Shown: positions 46,370-54,847 of the stretch, piece by piece | Numbering within the stretch: the first letter of the stretch is position 1 | Layout of the letters: every line of letters begins with the position of its first letter | Assembly (NCBI RefSeq): GCF_003334385.1 | Contig: NZ_QOWN01000031.1 | Reading direction: 5' to 3' (one strand) | Origin: Escherichia coli | Lineage (GTDB): Bacteria > Pseudomonadota > Gammaproteobacteria > Enterobacterales > Enterobacteriaceae | DNA length: 54,847 nucleotides | Program-made: the position numbers and the translations under genes | Notes under the pieces: generated by a model | Told to the model about the DNA's origin: nothing | Seen by the model: the letters and a program-made list of their open reading frames with translations, nothing else | Database searches by the model: none

Positions 46370-47299
46370 ATGGCAAACACTGCTGAGATATTCAATTTTC
46401 CAGTGCCGGATGCGGCACAAAAGGAGCCGCGCGTGGCAGATCTCGATGATGGTTATACGCGCATTGCAAATGAGTTGCTGGAAGCTGTAATGCTGGCCGG
46501 ATTAACACAGCACCAGCTTCTGGTCTTCCTGGCTGTCATGCGCAAAACATATGGCTTTAATAAAAAACTGGATTGGGTGAGCAACGAGCAACTTTCCGAG
46601 TTGACCGGGATATTGCCGCACAAGTGTTCTGCTGCAAAAAGTGTTCTGGTAAAGCGTGGGATTTTTATTCAGAGCGGGCGGAATATCGGCATTAATAATG
46701 TGGTCAGTGAATGGTCAACATTACCCGAATCAGGTAAGAAAAATAAAGTTTACCTGAAAGAGGTAAATTTACCTGAATCAGGTAAGAAAAGTTTACCCAA
46801 ATCAGGTAAAGACGTTTACCCGAATCAGGTAAACACAAAAGACAAACTAACAAAAGACAATATAAAACCTTTTTCGTCCGAGAATTCTGGCGAATCCTCT
46901 GACCAGCCAGAAAACGATCTTCCTGTGGTGAAACCGGATGCTGCAATTCAGAGCGGCAGCAAGTGGGGGACAGCAGAAGACCTGACCGCCGCAGAGTGGA
47001 TGTTTGACATGGTGAAGACCATCGCGCCATCAGCCAGAAAACCGAATTTTGCAGGGTGGGCTAACGATATCCGCCTGATGCGTGAACGTGACGGACGTAA
47101 CCACCGCGACATGTGTGTACTGTTCCGCTGGGCATGCCAGGACAACTTCTGGTCCGGTAACGTGCTGAGTCCGGCCAAACTCCGCGACAAGTGGACCCAG
47201 CTCGAAATCAACCGTAACAAGCAACAGGCAGGCATGATAGCCAGCAAACCAAAACTCGACCTGACAAACACTGACTGGATTTACGGGGTGGATTTATGA
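46370..47299 (+). CDS. Replication initiator protein O
   Basis: Start taken at MANTAEIFNFPVPD; N-terminal region resembles lambda O (VADLDDGYTRIANELLEA...LAVMRKTYGFNK); contains iterons internally. Confidence 0.8.
   Translation: MANTAEIFNFPVPDAAQKEPRVADLDDGYTRIANELLEAVMLAGLTQHQLLVFLAVMRKTYGFNKKLDWVSNEQLSELTGILPHKCSAAKSVLVKRGIFIQSGRNIGINNVVSEWSTLPESGKKNKVYLKEVNLPESGKKSLPKSGKDVYPNQVNTKDKLTKDNIKPFSSENSGESSDQPENDLPVVKPDAAIQSGSKWGTAEDLTAAEWMFDMVKTIAPSARKPNFAGWANDIRLMRERDGRNHRDMCVLFRWACQDNFWSGNVLSPAKLRDKWTQLEINRNKQQAGMIASKPKLDLTNTDWIYGVDL
46721..46833 (+). repeat. Replication origin iterons inside the O gene
   Basis: Five copies of about 19 bp TTTACC(C/T)(G/A)AATCAGGTAA(G/A), followed by an A-rich stretch (acaaaagacaaactaacaaaagacaatataaaacc). 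Confidence 0.75.
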
Positions 47300-47997
47300 A
47301 AAACATCGCCGCACAGATGGTTAACTTTGACCGTGAGCAGATGCGTCGGATCGCCAACAACATGCCGGAACAGTACGACGAAAAGCCGCAGGTACAGCAG
47401 GTAGCGCAGATCATCAACGGTGTGTTCAGCCAGTTACTGGCAACTTTCCCGGCGAGCCTGGCTAACCGTGACCAGAATGAACTGAACGAAATCCGCCGCC
47501 AGTGGGTTCTGGCTTTCCGGGAAAATGGGATCACCACGATGGAACAGGTTAACGCTGGAATGCGCGTAGCCCGTCGGCAGAATCGACCATTCCTGCCATC
47601 ACCCGGGCAGTTTGTTGCCTGGTGCCGGGAAGAAGCATCCGTTACCGCCGGGCTGCCAAACGCCAGCGAGCTGGTTGATATGGTTTACGAGTATTGCCGG
47701 AAGCGTGGCCTGTATCCGGACGCAGAGTCTTATCCATGGAAATCAAACGCGCACTACTGGTTGGTTACCAACCTGTACCAGAACATGCGGGCCAATGCGC
47801 TGACTGACGCGGAATTACGGCGTAAAGCTGCCGATGAGCTGACCTGTATGACCGCGCGAATTAACCGTGGTGAGGCGATACCTGAACCAGTAAAACAACT
47901 TCCTGTCATGGGCGGTAGACCTTTAAATCGTGCACAGGCTTTGGCGAAGATCGCAGAAATCAAAGCTAAGTTCGGACTGAAAGGAGCAAGTGTATGA
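47296..47997 (+). CDS. Replication protein P (DnaB helicase loader)
   Basis: 233-aa translation matches lambda P as I recall it (MKNIAAQMVNFDREQMRRIANNMPEQYDEKPQVQQVAQIINGVFSQLLATFPASLANRD). Confidence 0.85.
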   Translation: MKNIAAQMVNFDREQMRRIANNMPEQYDEKPQVQQVAQIINGVFSQLLATFPASLANRDQNELNEIRRQWVLAFRENGITTMEQVNAGMRVARRQNRPFLPSPGQFVAWCREEASVTAGLPNASELVDMVYEYCRKRGLYPDAESYPWKSNAHYWLVTNLYQNMRANALTDAELRRKAADELTCMTARINRGEAIPEPVKQLPVMGGRPLNRAQALAKIAEIKAKFGLKGASV

Positions 47998-48287
47998 CGG
48001 GCAAAGAGGCAATTATTTATTACCTGGGGACGCATAAGAGCTTCTGTGCGCAGGACGTTGCCGCGGTAACAGGCGCAACAGTAACCAGCATAAATCAGGC
48101 TGCGGCTAAAATGGCGCGGGCAGGAATCTTGGTCATTGATGGTAAGGTCTGGCGAACGGTGTATTACAGATTCGCTACCAGGGAAGAACGGGAAGGAAAG
48201 GTGAGCACTAACCTGATTTTTAAGGAGTGTCGCCAGAGTGCCGCGATGAAGCGGGTGTTGATGGTTTGGGGGAGGGTAGGGGTATGA
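47994..48287 (+). CDS. ren: Ren protein
   Basis: 97-aa translation MTGKEAIIYYLGTHKSFCAQDVAAVTGATVTSINQAAAKMARAGILVIDGKVWRTVYYRFATREEREGK matches lambda Ren as I recall it. Confidence 0.8.
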   Translation: MTGKEAIIYYLGTHKSFCAQDVAAVTGATVTSINQAAAKMARAGILVIDGKVWRTVYYRFATREEREGKVSTNLIFKECRQSAAMKRVLMVWGRVGV

Positions 48288-48484
48288 GCATGATGGATTT
48301 CGCAGAAACTAAAAAGGCTATCGACGCCATCACAACCGACTGGTCTATCCGAGGACCGTATCACGAAGACGACGGGAAATATTACGCCTTGCTTCGTGGA
48401 GAGTGGGTTGGTGGCGGGTATATCGGAAAACGGAAAGCCCTTGATGCCATTCTCGAAAAGTTAATCCAGGAGGCCGCCCAATGA
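48284..48484 (+). CDS. Hypothetical nin-region protein
   Basis: Start taken at MSMMDFAETKKAIDAITTDW within ORF 48227-48484. Confidence 0.4.
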   Translation: MSMMDFAETKKAIDAITTDWSIRGPYHEDDGKYYALLRGEWVGGGYIGKRKALDAILEKLIQEAAQ

Positions 48485-48696
48485 GCAACATCGACAAACC
48501 GTGAACTGGTGGATGCCGCCATTGAATTGGCCGGAGAGTTTTATGCGATGCAGGGCTATTCGCATCGTCCTGGCTTCAAGTATTGGCAATCTCCGCACCC
48601 GCATGAGCGCCTGTGCTTTGAAATGGCTTGTGTGGCATTCGAAACCATTCGCGGCTCAGATGTAATGGACGCCGTATCTGAGTTGGAGGATGAAGA

Positions 48697-49110
48697 ATGA
48701 GCAACATCGACAAACGCGCATTACGTGAAATCGCTGAGGCAGCAGTTGGTGCACATGAGCGCCTTAGTGTTATGCCGCCTGATGACATTTTCGATATCTC
48801 ACTGGCAGAAGGAACTCAGCTTGATGCAGATATCACTGCCTTGAGCGCGCTGAACTCCGCAGCCAACCCAGCCACAGTGCTGGCGCTGCTGGATGAGCTG
48901 GAAGCCAAAGACCAGAGGATTGCTGTGCTGACCGAATCGCTCAAGCAGACGGTTTCAGGATACAAATCCTGCCTGCGTACCGGACATGAGCGCATTCTTG
49001 ACCTTGGCGGTGACTGTGACGCGCCAGAAGTGATGATTGCAGGCAATCCTGACATTCAGCAGGCGCAGAAGCTGATCGCCGCCGCATCCGGTAAAGGAGA
49101 GGCATCATGA
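48697..49110 (+). CDS. Hypothetical phage protein, possibly Ead/Ea22-like N-terminal module
   Basis: 137-aa ORF MSNIDKRALREIAEAAVGAHERL...ALLDELEAKDQRIAVL (coiled-coil-like); the same first 6 codons recur at 48481 in a truncated copy. Confidence 0.4.
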   Translation: MSNIDKRALREIAEAAVGAHERLSVMPPDDIFDISLAEGTQLDADITALSALNSAANPATVLALLDELEAKDQRIAVLTESLKQTVSGYKSCLRTGHERILDLGGDCDAPEVMIAGNPDIQQAQKLIAAASGKGEAS

Positions 49111-49151
49111 GCACTATTACCAAACAATGACTGCAGCAGAAAATTGCCGAC

Positions 49152-49913
49152 ATGGAAGCAGCCAGAGATGAAATCCCGTTCGGTCTGGACGAAGGCGACA
49201 GCAACACGCTGGCGGCACTGCGTATCGCGCTGGCATCGCTCGAAGCGGAGCCTGCCATTCACCGGTGGCGTCGTGTGACCTCTGAGCCATACGGCCCCTA
49301 TCCTTGGCATTATGGTGATTTTATCGGCTTCTCAAAGCCCGTTGATGGGATTGAGGATGAGTATTTTTACTCCGCCCCGCCAGAGCCAGCCAATGCCGAA
49401 ACCGTAGCCTGGCTGTGGTCACACAGGAAACACCCGAGCGAAGTCACGCTTGTTCGCCCTGAAGATGATGAGAGAGCGGAGGGTGCTCACTGGTCTGGCT
49501 GGAGTTGTCAGGCGCTTTATGCAGCACCGCCAGTTCCGGTATCTGTGCCCACATTCGAGAAATGGTGTGAGTTGACTGAGCAGAAACCTGTCGGATGGGG
49601 GCGTGATGCTATGAAAGAAGCGTATGACGGATGCCGCGACGCCATGCTTCAGGGTGCCGAAAAAGCCGAGTCGCCCACCACCATGCAGACCGCGCCAGCC
49701 CTAGATTCTTCGCCAAAAATTTCCGAGTCGCCCGTCAGCAACTCTCCGGTGATTCCGGATGGTTGGGTGCTGGTTCCTAAGGAGCCAACTCCAGAAATGC
49801 GTGAGGCGTACCATCAGGCGCAGGAAGAGTGTGAAGATGGCGGTAGATTATGGAGCCCAGACCACCAATGGAAGGCCATGATCGCAGCAGCACCGCAGCA
49901 GGAGGCGAAGTGA
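49152..49913 (+). CDS. Hypothetical phage protein, possibly Ea22-like C-terminal part
   Basis: 253-aa ORF with PTPEMREAY motif near the C-terminus; separated from the preceding ORF by stops in all frames. Confidence 0.35.
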   Translation: MEAARDEIPFGLDEGDSNTLAALRIALASLEAEPAIHRWRRVTSEPYGPYPWHYGDFIGFSKPVDGIEDEYFYSAPPEPANAETVAWLWSHRKHPSEVTLVRPEDDERAEGAHWSGWSCQALYAAPPVPVSVPTFEKWCELTEQKPVGWGRDAMKEAYDGCRDAMLQGAEKAESPTTMQTAPALDSSPKISESPVSNSPVIPDGWVLVPKEPTPEMREAYHQAQEECEDGGRLWSPDHQWKAMIAAAPQQEAK

Positions 49914-49964
49914 TTATGTCGTGACAGCATAATTGCGATGTCAACGATAAGCAGAGGTTTGAAA

Positions 49965-50159
49965 ATGAAATCACAATCACCAGTGCAGCATGAAGTTAAC
50001 ATCGACGGCAAAGAGTATGTTGTCACAGTAGTCCAAACCGGCAAGTCAACGTGGAGGGCATGGGGAGATTCCTGGGGGCGCCATATAGTCGAAACAGGTT
50101 CTAGCGAACATAGCGCGCTTTCTCATTGGAAAGCAAAAGCTTTAGTTATGAATGGGTAG
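49965..50159 (+). CDS. Hypothetical small protein
   Basis: Start taken at MKSQSPVQHEVNIDGKEYVV within ORF 49938-50159. Confidence 0.3.
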   Translation: MKSQSPVQHEVNIDGKEYVVTVVQTGKSTWRAWGDSWGRHIVETGSSEHSALSHWKAKALVMNG

Positions 50160-50182
50160 CGCGGAAACTTTGAAGGTATAAT

Positions 50183-50208
50183 CCCCTCAAATAATCGAGG
50201 GGGTTTTT
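50183..50208 (+). terminator. Intrinsic terminator hairpin directly abutting the start of the following cargo gene
   Basis: cccctcaaataatcgagggg followed by gttttt; the 3' arm overlaps the probable ribosome-binding site of the ORF starting at 50209. Confidence 0.5.
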
Positions 50209-50718
50209 ATGTCTGGTTGGGATAACGGTATAGATGCAGTTTCTGCGATTGCAGCTATCGCATCTGCGGTAGCAACTTATTTAGCATGGCGATCCTCAGA
50301 AGCTAGCAGGGCCACATCCGAAAAAGCTTTGCAGTTGCAAGGAAAGCAGTATTTGTACGAGACATTAAAAGCTTGCGCTGAGAGAGCGAATTCATACTCA
50401 AAAGGAAAGAAAGGGGCTGACTGGAGCTTTCATGACGCAGCCAATATTGTTCGATGTTTGAACATGGCAATGGGGAGCATAATAAATTACTCAGATACCA
50501 ACAATCAGGATGCAATGAAAGGTCTGAAGCAATTCTTTATTAGCCAATTAAACATGGAGCTTTTTGAAGAGCTCAACTATGAGGTTGGGCCTGATGCCTT
50601 CTTTCACGGAGAGGAGCTAACCAGCATGACGAGCGATATTTACTCGCAGTGGTTAAACATTATTTCATTCTTTAACCTCATGATTGTCACAGATGATGAC
50701 CTCGCCGATGAAACATAG
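50209..50718 (+). CDS. Unknown-function 169-aa membrane-anchored protein; moron-like cargo
   Basis: N-terminal hydrophobic helix (IDAVSAIAAIASAVATYLAW); AT-rich; insulated by an upstream hairpin and a 187-bp downstream spacer; occupies the variable locus that carries emrE/ybcKLM in K-12 DLP12. Confidence 0.5.
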   Translation: MSGWDNGIDAVSAIAAIASAVATYLAWRSSEASRATSEKALQLQGKQYLYETLKACAERANSYSKGKKGADWSFHDAANIVRCLNMAMGSIINYSDTNNQDAMKGLKQFFISQLNMELFEELNYEVGPDAFFHGEELTSMTSDIYSQWLNIISFFNLMIVTDDDLADET

Positions 50719-50905
50719 CTTGATTGATTTTCCATAATCAACCCGCCATAATCATGTCATCGGAGCCTGAACAACTCCGGTGACTTCTGCGCTAAACGGG
50801 GACGTTTATGCGCATATACAATCCAAACTCTCTTCTCCCTTCACAGATGCAGAAATGCACCTGCGTTTTTTTGCATCCAACGTTTGACCTCTGCGGAGGT
50901 GAAGC

Positions 50906-51361
50906 GTGAACCTCCCACAAGACGGTATCAAATTGCATCGCGGTAACTTCACCGCTATCGGTCAGCAGATCCAGCCTTATCTGGAGGACGGAAAATGCTT
51001 TCGCATGGTGCTTAAACCGTGGCGTGAGAAACGCAGTCTTTCCCAGAATGCACTCAGCCACATGTGGTACAGCGAAATCAGTGAATACCTCATCAGCAGG
51101 GGTAAAACGTTCGCCACTCCAGCTTGGGTAAAAGATGCTCTCAAACACACATATCTCGGTTATGAAACCAAAGACTTGGTTGATGTCGTAACCGGTGAGA
51201 TCACCACTATCCAGTCGTTACGCCATACCTCCGATCTTGATACCGGAGAGATGTATATCTTCCTGTGTAAGGTTGAAGCCTGGGCGGTGAATATTGGCTG
51301 CCACCTGACTATTCCGCAGAGCTGCGAGTTCCAGCTGCTCCGCGACAAACAGGAGGAGTAA
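50906..51361 (+). CDS. ybcN: DLP12-type NinB-position protein (DNA base-flipping protein)
   Basis: 151-aa translation [50 protein letters not shown] matches K-12 YbcN as I recall it; GTG start with GGAGG ribosome-binding site. Confidence 0.8.
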   Translation: MNLPQDGIKLHRGNFTAIGQQIQPYLEDGKCFRMVLKPWREKRSLSQNALSHMWYSEISEYLISRGKTFATPAWVKDALKHTYLGYETKDLVDVVTGEITTIQSLRHTSDLDTGEMYIFLCKVEAWAVNIGCHLTIPQSCEFQLLRDKQEE

Positions 51362-51531
51362 TGGCTACACCGCTTATTCGTGTCATGAACGGACACATCT
51401 ACAGAGTACCAAATCGTCGTAAGCGTAAACCGGAGCTGAAGCCTTCCGAAATACCAACACTGCTCGGATATACCGCCAGCCTGGTTGATAAAAAATGGTT
51501 GCGACTGGCAGCAAGGAGGAATCATGGCTGA
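51361..51531 (+). CDS. ninE: NinE-like protein
   Basis: 56-aa [59 protein letters not shown]; not in the ORF track because it is under 60 aa. Confidence 0.7.
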   Translation: MATPLIRVMNGHIYRVPNRRKRKPELKPSEIPTLLGYTASLVDKKWLRLAARRNHG

Positions 51532-51814
51532 TTTGAGAAAAGCAGCGCGTAGTCGGGAATGCCAGGTAAGAATCCCTGGCGTATGTAATGGCAACCCTGA
51601 AACGTCTGTACTGGCACATATCCGGCTGACTGGATTGTGCGGCACCGGTACCAAACCGCCAGACCTGATTGCCACCATTGCATGTTCTGCCTGCCACGAC
51701 GAAATCGACCGCCGCACACATTTTGTCGATGCTGCATATGCAAAAGAATGCGCGCTGGAAGGTATGGCGAGAACACAGGTTATCTGGCTGAAAGAGGGGG
51801 TTATTAAGGCGTGA
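51524..51814 (+). CDS. ybcO: DUF1364-family putative nuclease
   Basis: Start at [28 protein letters not shown] (96 aa); Cys-rich; overlaps the ninE end. Confidence 0.75.
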   Translation: MADLRKAARSRECQVRIPGVCNGNPETSVLAHIRLTGLCGTGTKPPDLIATIACSACHDEIDRRTHFVDAAYAKECALEGMARTQVIWLKEGVIKA

Positions 51815-52173
51815 ATACCTACAGCATCACATTACCCTGGCCTCCGAGCAATAATCGCTATTACCGCCATAATCGCGGGCGCACGCACGTCAGCGCAGAG
51901 GGGCAGGCATACCGCGATAACGTCGCCCGAATCATTAAAAACGCAATGCTGGATATCGGCCTGGCTATGCCTGTGAAAATCCGCATTGAGTGCCACATGC
52001 CGGATCGCCGTCGCCGTGACCTGGATAATCTGCAAAAAGCCGCTTTTGACGCACTCACTAAAGCAGGTTTCTGGCTGGATGATGCTCAGGTCGTTGATTA
52101 CCGCGTTGTGAAGATGCCTGTTACCAAAGGTGGGAGGCTGGAACTGACCATCACCGAAATGGGGAATGAATGA
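51811..52173 (+). CDS. rusA: Holliday junction resolvase RusA
   Basis: 120-aa translation [31 protein letters not shown] matches K-12 RusA as I recall it. Confidence 0.9.
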   Translation: MNTYSITLPWPPSNNRYYRHNRGRTHVSAEGQAYRDNVARIIKNAMLDIGLAMPVKIRIECHMPDRRRRDLDNLQKAAFDALTKAGFWLDDAQVVDYRVVKMPVTKGGRLELTITEMGNE

Positions 52174-52310
52174 TGTTTGAGTTTTATATGGCAGAACGTC
52201 TTCGCCACCGCTGGGGGCGTCTGCGCTTATATCGTTTCCCCGGTTCTGTTTTGACCGATTACCGAATACTGAAGAATTACGCCAAAACCCTGACAGGAGC
52301 AGGAGTATGA
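52170..52310 (+). CDS. ylcG: Small protein YlcG
   Basis: 46-aa [49 protein letters not shown] overlapping the rusA stop. Confidence 0.6.
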   Translation: MMFEFYMAERLRHRWGRLRLYRFPGSVLTDYRILKNYAKTLTGAGV

Positions 52311-52395
52311 AGTCAGAGATAACAATCAACTAATACTGTTTCGTTGATTTTTGCTTGTAATTGGCGTTCTGGTCTGATTTTTGTGGAGTAAGTTG

Positions 52396-52779
52396 ATGCG
52401 TGATATTCAGATGGTTCTTGAGCGTTGGGGAGCGTGGGCGGCTAATAATCATGAAGATGTGACCTGGTCGTCCATTGCCGCCGGTTTTAAGGGATTAATT
52501 ACTTCAAAAGTAAAATCTCGCCCGCAATGTTGTGACGATGACGCGATGATCATTTGCGGGTGCATGGCCCGTCTGAAAAAGAACAACAGCGATTTGCACG
52601 ATTTATTAGTAGATTATTATGTAGTCGGTATGACATTCATGTCACTGGCAGGTAAGCATTGCTGCTCTGATGGTTATATCGGGAAAAGGTTACAGAAGGC
52701 TGAGGGCATAATTGAAGGGATGTTAATGGCATTAGATATCCGGTTAGAGATGGATATCGTTGTTAATAACTCTAATTAA
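52396..52779 (+). CDS. quuD: Q-like late-gene antiterminator
   Basis: Start at [22 protein letters not shown] (127 aa); Cys-rich zinc-binding region [12 protein letters not shown]. Confidence 0.8.
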   Translation: MRDIQMVLERWGAWAANNHEDVTWSSIAAGFKGLITSKVKSRPQCCDDDAMIICGCMARLKKNNSDLHDLLVDYYVVGMTFMSLAGKHCCSDGYIGKRLQKAEGIIEGMLMALDIRLEMDIVVNNSN

Positions 52780-52799
52780 TACGCCAATTATTTACTAAA

Positions 52800-52965
52800 A
52801 GTTATTAAAAATGGGGCGTTGAAACGCCCCCAAAAATAAAGGGTAATATATAACAGAAGGTTTGTATAGTTAGAAGCAAGGTTGTGCTTCTAAAGGAAGT
52901 GGCTTGAGGGAGCCACTTATATGTTGGGGAGGCAAAGCCTCCCACAACATATCTTTTAGTAATCA
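52800..52965 (-). terminator. Cluster of stem-loops downstream of nmpC (terminator region)
   Basis: Hairpins ggggcgttgaaacgcccc (T-run on the minus strand), gaagcaaggttgtgcttc, gtggcttgagggagccac, gttggggaggcaaagcctcccacaac. Confidence 0.55.
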
Positions 52966-52967
52966 AA

Positions 52968-54050
52968 TTAGAACTGGTAAACCATACCTACAGCAACGAT
53001 ATCATCGGTAGCAACGCCAGATGCTTTCGTGAAATCGCTCTTATCAATCAGGTTGATTTTGTAGTCAACAAAAGTGGACATATTTTTGTTGAAGTAATAG
53101 GTTGCACCTACATCAACATATTCAACCAGGTCCTGATCACCCCAAACACCCAAGTCTTTTCCTTTAGAATGCAGGTAAGCAACGGATGGACGCAGGCCGA
53201 AGTCGAACTGATATTGTGCAACAGCTTCGAAGTTTTGTGCTTTGTTGGCAATATGGTTATTACCAAAAACAGTCATGTTCTGGGTTTCAGAATAGGTGGT
53301 GGCCAGATAGATGTTGTTCGCATCATATTTCAGACCAGCTGCCCATACTTCAGCATTTTGACCAGAAGCATTCAGACCGTTGTTACCGTAGATAACCTGA
53401 TTATTAGTGCGATCAGATTTAGCATAGGTTGCACCCACGCCGAATCCTTCATACTCATAAGTAGTTGAGAAACCGAAACCATCGCCATTAGCTTCAGTTA
53501 CTTCATTTCGGTCATTTTTGCCCTGATACTGAGCTGCAAAGTTCAGGCCATCAACCAGACCAAAGAAGTCGTTGTTACGATAAGTTGCAACACCTGTGGT
53601 GCGACCAGTCATGAATACATCTGTTTGGGTCCAGGTATCGCCACCGAATTCTGGCAGAACGTCAGTCCACGCACCGATGTCGTATGCTACACCGTAGTTA
53701 CGGCCGTAATCGATTGAGCCGTAGTCACCGAATTTCAGGCCTGCAAATGCAAGACGGGTTTTGTCTTTGGAGGAACCTTGAGATTCAGCGCGGTTGCCTT
53801 TGAATTCATATTCCCACTGACCGAAACCAGTCAGTTGATCGTTGATTTGGGTTTCACCTTTGAAGCCAAGACGGGCATAAGTAGTATCACCATCATCTGC
53901 ATCATTAGAGGAGAAGTAGTGCTTAGCATTAACTTTCCCGTACAGATCCAGCTTGTTACTGTCTTTATTATAAATTTCAGCTGCCTGAGCAGACATCGCC
54001 ATCAGTACTGATGCAGCTACAGCAGAAATTGCCACTGTTAATTTTTTCAT
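52968..54050 (-). CDS. nmpC: OmpC-family general porin, uninterrupted
   Basis: 360-aa ORF with signal peptide [23 protein letters not shown], beta-barrel porin sequence ending in the typical C-terminal F (VGMVYQF); lies between quuD and essD. Confidence 0.85.
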   Translation of the reverse strand: MKKLTVAISAVAASVLMAMSAQAAEIYNKDSNKLDLYGKVNAKHYFSSNDADDGDTTYARLGFKGETQINDQLTGFGQWEYEFKGNRAESQGSSKDKTRLAFAGLKFGDYGSIDYGRNYGVAYDIGAWTDVLPEFGGDTWTQTDVFMTGRTTGVATYRNNDFFGLVDGLNFAAQYQGKNDRNEVTEANGDGFGFSTTYEYEGFGVGATYAKSDRTNNQVIYGNNGLNASGQNAEVWAAGLKYDANNIYLATTYSETQNMTVFGNNHIANKAQNFEAVAQYQFDFGLRPSVAYLHSKGKDLGVWGDQDLVEYVDVGATYYFNKNMSTFVDYKINLIDKSDFTKASGVATDDIVAVGMVYQF

Positions 54051-54638
54051 CGTGAGCCCTTTTTTTTGAACTATTATTAAAAAATGATGTCACTGCGCGA
54101 TAAATATTCATCTAATCAATGTGATTATTTCAAGATGTAAGTTTTAGTTTCTCATTTAATTTGTGAAGTAGATCTCTATTTTTATCTGAACTTTTTCTAT
54201 CGAAACCTATTTATGGCTCTTATTTGAACAAAAATAAACCTATTAGCTAATTTATATTAATGGCTGTTATTTATGGGGGTTCTATAATTCGGCAGTTTAA
54301 TTTAAATCAACTAAAAATAACCTCTGAAATTATTTATTGGTTATTTGTTGAGGTTTTCTTATGTATTTGTGGTGGTGTTTTGAACACTCGGTAGCATTCT
54401 CATAAATATCATTCAGTGGTTTACGTACGTAAAAAATTGGTTATGCTGTTAAGAGTGGTTACTTCGTCACACAGCTTAAACCCGCCGTCGAGCTGGTTTT
54501 TCCATTTTTTGAGTCTCGATATTAGCTGATAACTCAATACCTGAGTTATTCACTGACTCCGAGTCTGTTACGTTTCTGCTTTTTTGCGATACGTTGTATT
54601 CCCTCAATTTACACCCGCTTTGTCTGCGAGGTGGGGTT

Positions 54639-54847
54639 ATGAAATCCATGGATAAGTTAACAACGGGTGTCGCCTATGGCACCTCAGCAGGTAGTGCCGG
54701 TTACTGGTTTTTACAGCTGCTCGATAAAGTCACGCCCTCACAGTGGGCAGCAATAGGTGTGCTGGGTAGCCTGGTATTTGGCCTGCTGACGTACCTGACA
54801 AACCTTTATTTCAAGATTAAAGAAGATAAGCGCAAGGCTGCGAGAGG
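54639..54847 (+). CDS. essD: Phage holin (3' partial at the window end)
   Basis: [68 protein letters not shown] matches K-12 EssD as I recall it; the ORF runs off the window. Confidence 0.75.

Larger units (their letters stand above)
38175..54847. mobile_element. Lambdoid (DLP12-like) prophage integrated at argU; right end lies beyond the window
   Basis: Tyrosine integrase immediately 3' of argU followed by lambda-ordered early-left, immunity, replication, nin, Q and lysis genes. Confidence 0.9.

Noticed and set aside
46721-46833. Direct repeats as a possible CRISPR array
   Set aside because: The repeats are about 19 bp, imperfect, internally palindromic and lie inside the O gene with a downstream A-rich stretch, which is the signature of a replication origin, not of CRISPR repeats with unique spacers. 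No cas genes are present.
54051-54638. Possible small ORFs or an sRNA in the AT-rich region between nmpC and essD
   Set aside because: No ORF of at least 60 aa and no convincing promoter-terminator pair; treated as a promoter and late-regulatory region only.
52780-54640. Expected IS5 insertion in nmpC and emrE/ybcKLM cargo as in K-12 DLP12
   Set aside because: Looked for them; the porin ORF is continuous and no transposase or emrE-like small membrane transporter is present in this window.

Overview
This window reads as an Escherichia coli chromosomal segment collinear with the K-12 rhsD-allantoin-pur-sfm-argU region, followed by a lambdoid prophage integrated at tRNA-Arg (argU). All calls are from reading the sequence and ORF translations by eye; no database search was run. 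Layout: (1) 1-2500, the 3' end of an Rhs element (rhsD C-terminal toxin region, ybbC, an orphan Rhs C-terminal module and small ORFs); (2) 2500-3450, an AT-rich transposase/HTH remnant; (3) 3490-24700, mnmH and the allantoin/glyoxylate cluster (allS, allA, allR, gcl, hyi, glxR, ybbW, allB, ybbY, glxK, allE, allC, allD, fdrA, ylbE, ylbF, ybcF), where gcl carries an in-frame TAG stop; (4) 24880-31100, purK, purE, lpxH, ppiB, cysS, ybcI, ybcJ, folD; (5) 31580-37855, the sfmACDHF fimbrial operon and fimZ; (6) 38098-38174, argU; (7) 38190 to the window end, a DLP12-like prophage that is far more complete than the K-12 remnant. It has integrase, lambda-type exo/bet/gam, a cI-like repressor and cro flanking paralogous promoter-operator regions, O with ori iterons, P, ren, a cargo region, then ybcN-ninE-ybcO-rusA-ylcG-quuD, an intact nmpC porin and the start of essD. 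The strongest candidate for an undescribed system is a 287-aa AT-rich gene (43720-44583, minus strand) directly downstream of and co-oriented with cI, ending in an intrinsic terminator, at the position where lambda carries rexAB. I could not assign it to any family. A second insulated cargo gene (50209-50718) sits in the nin-side hotspot that holds emrE/ybcKLM in K-12.
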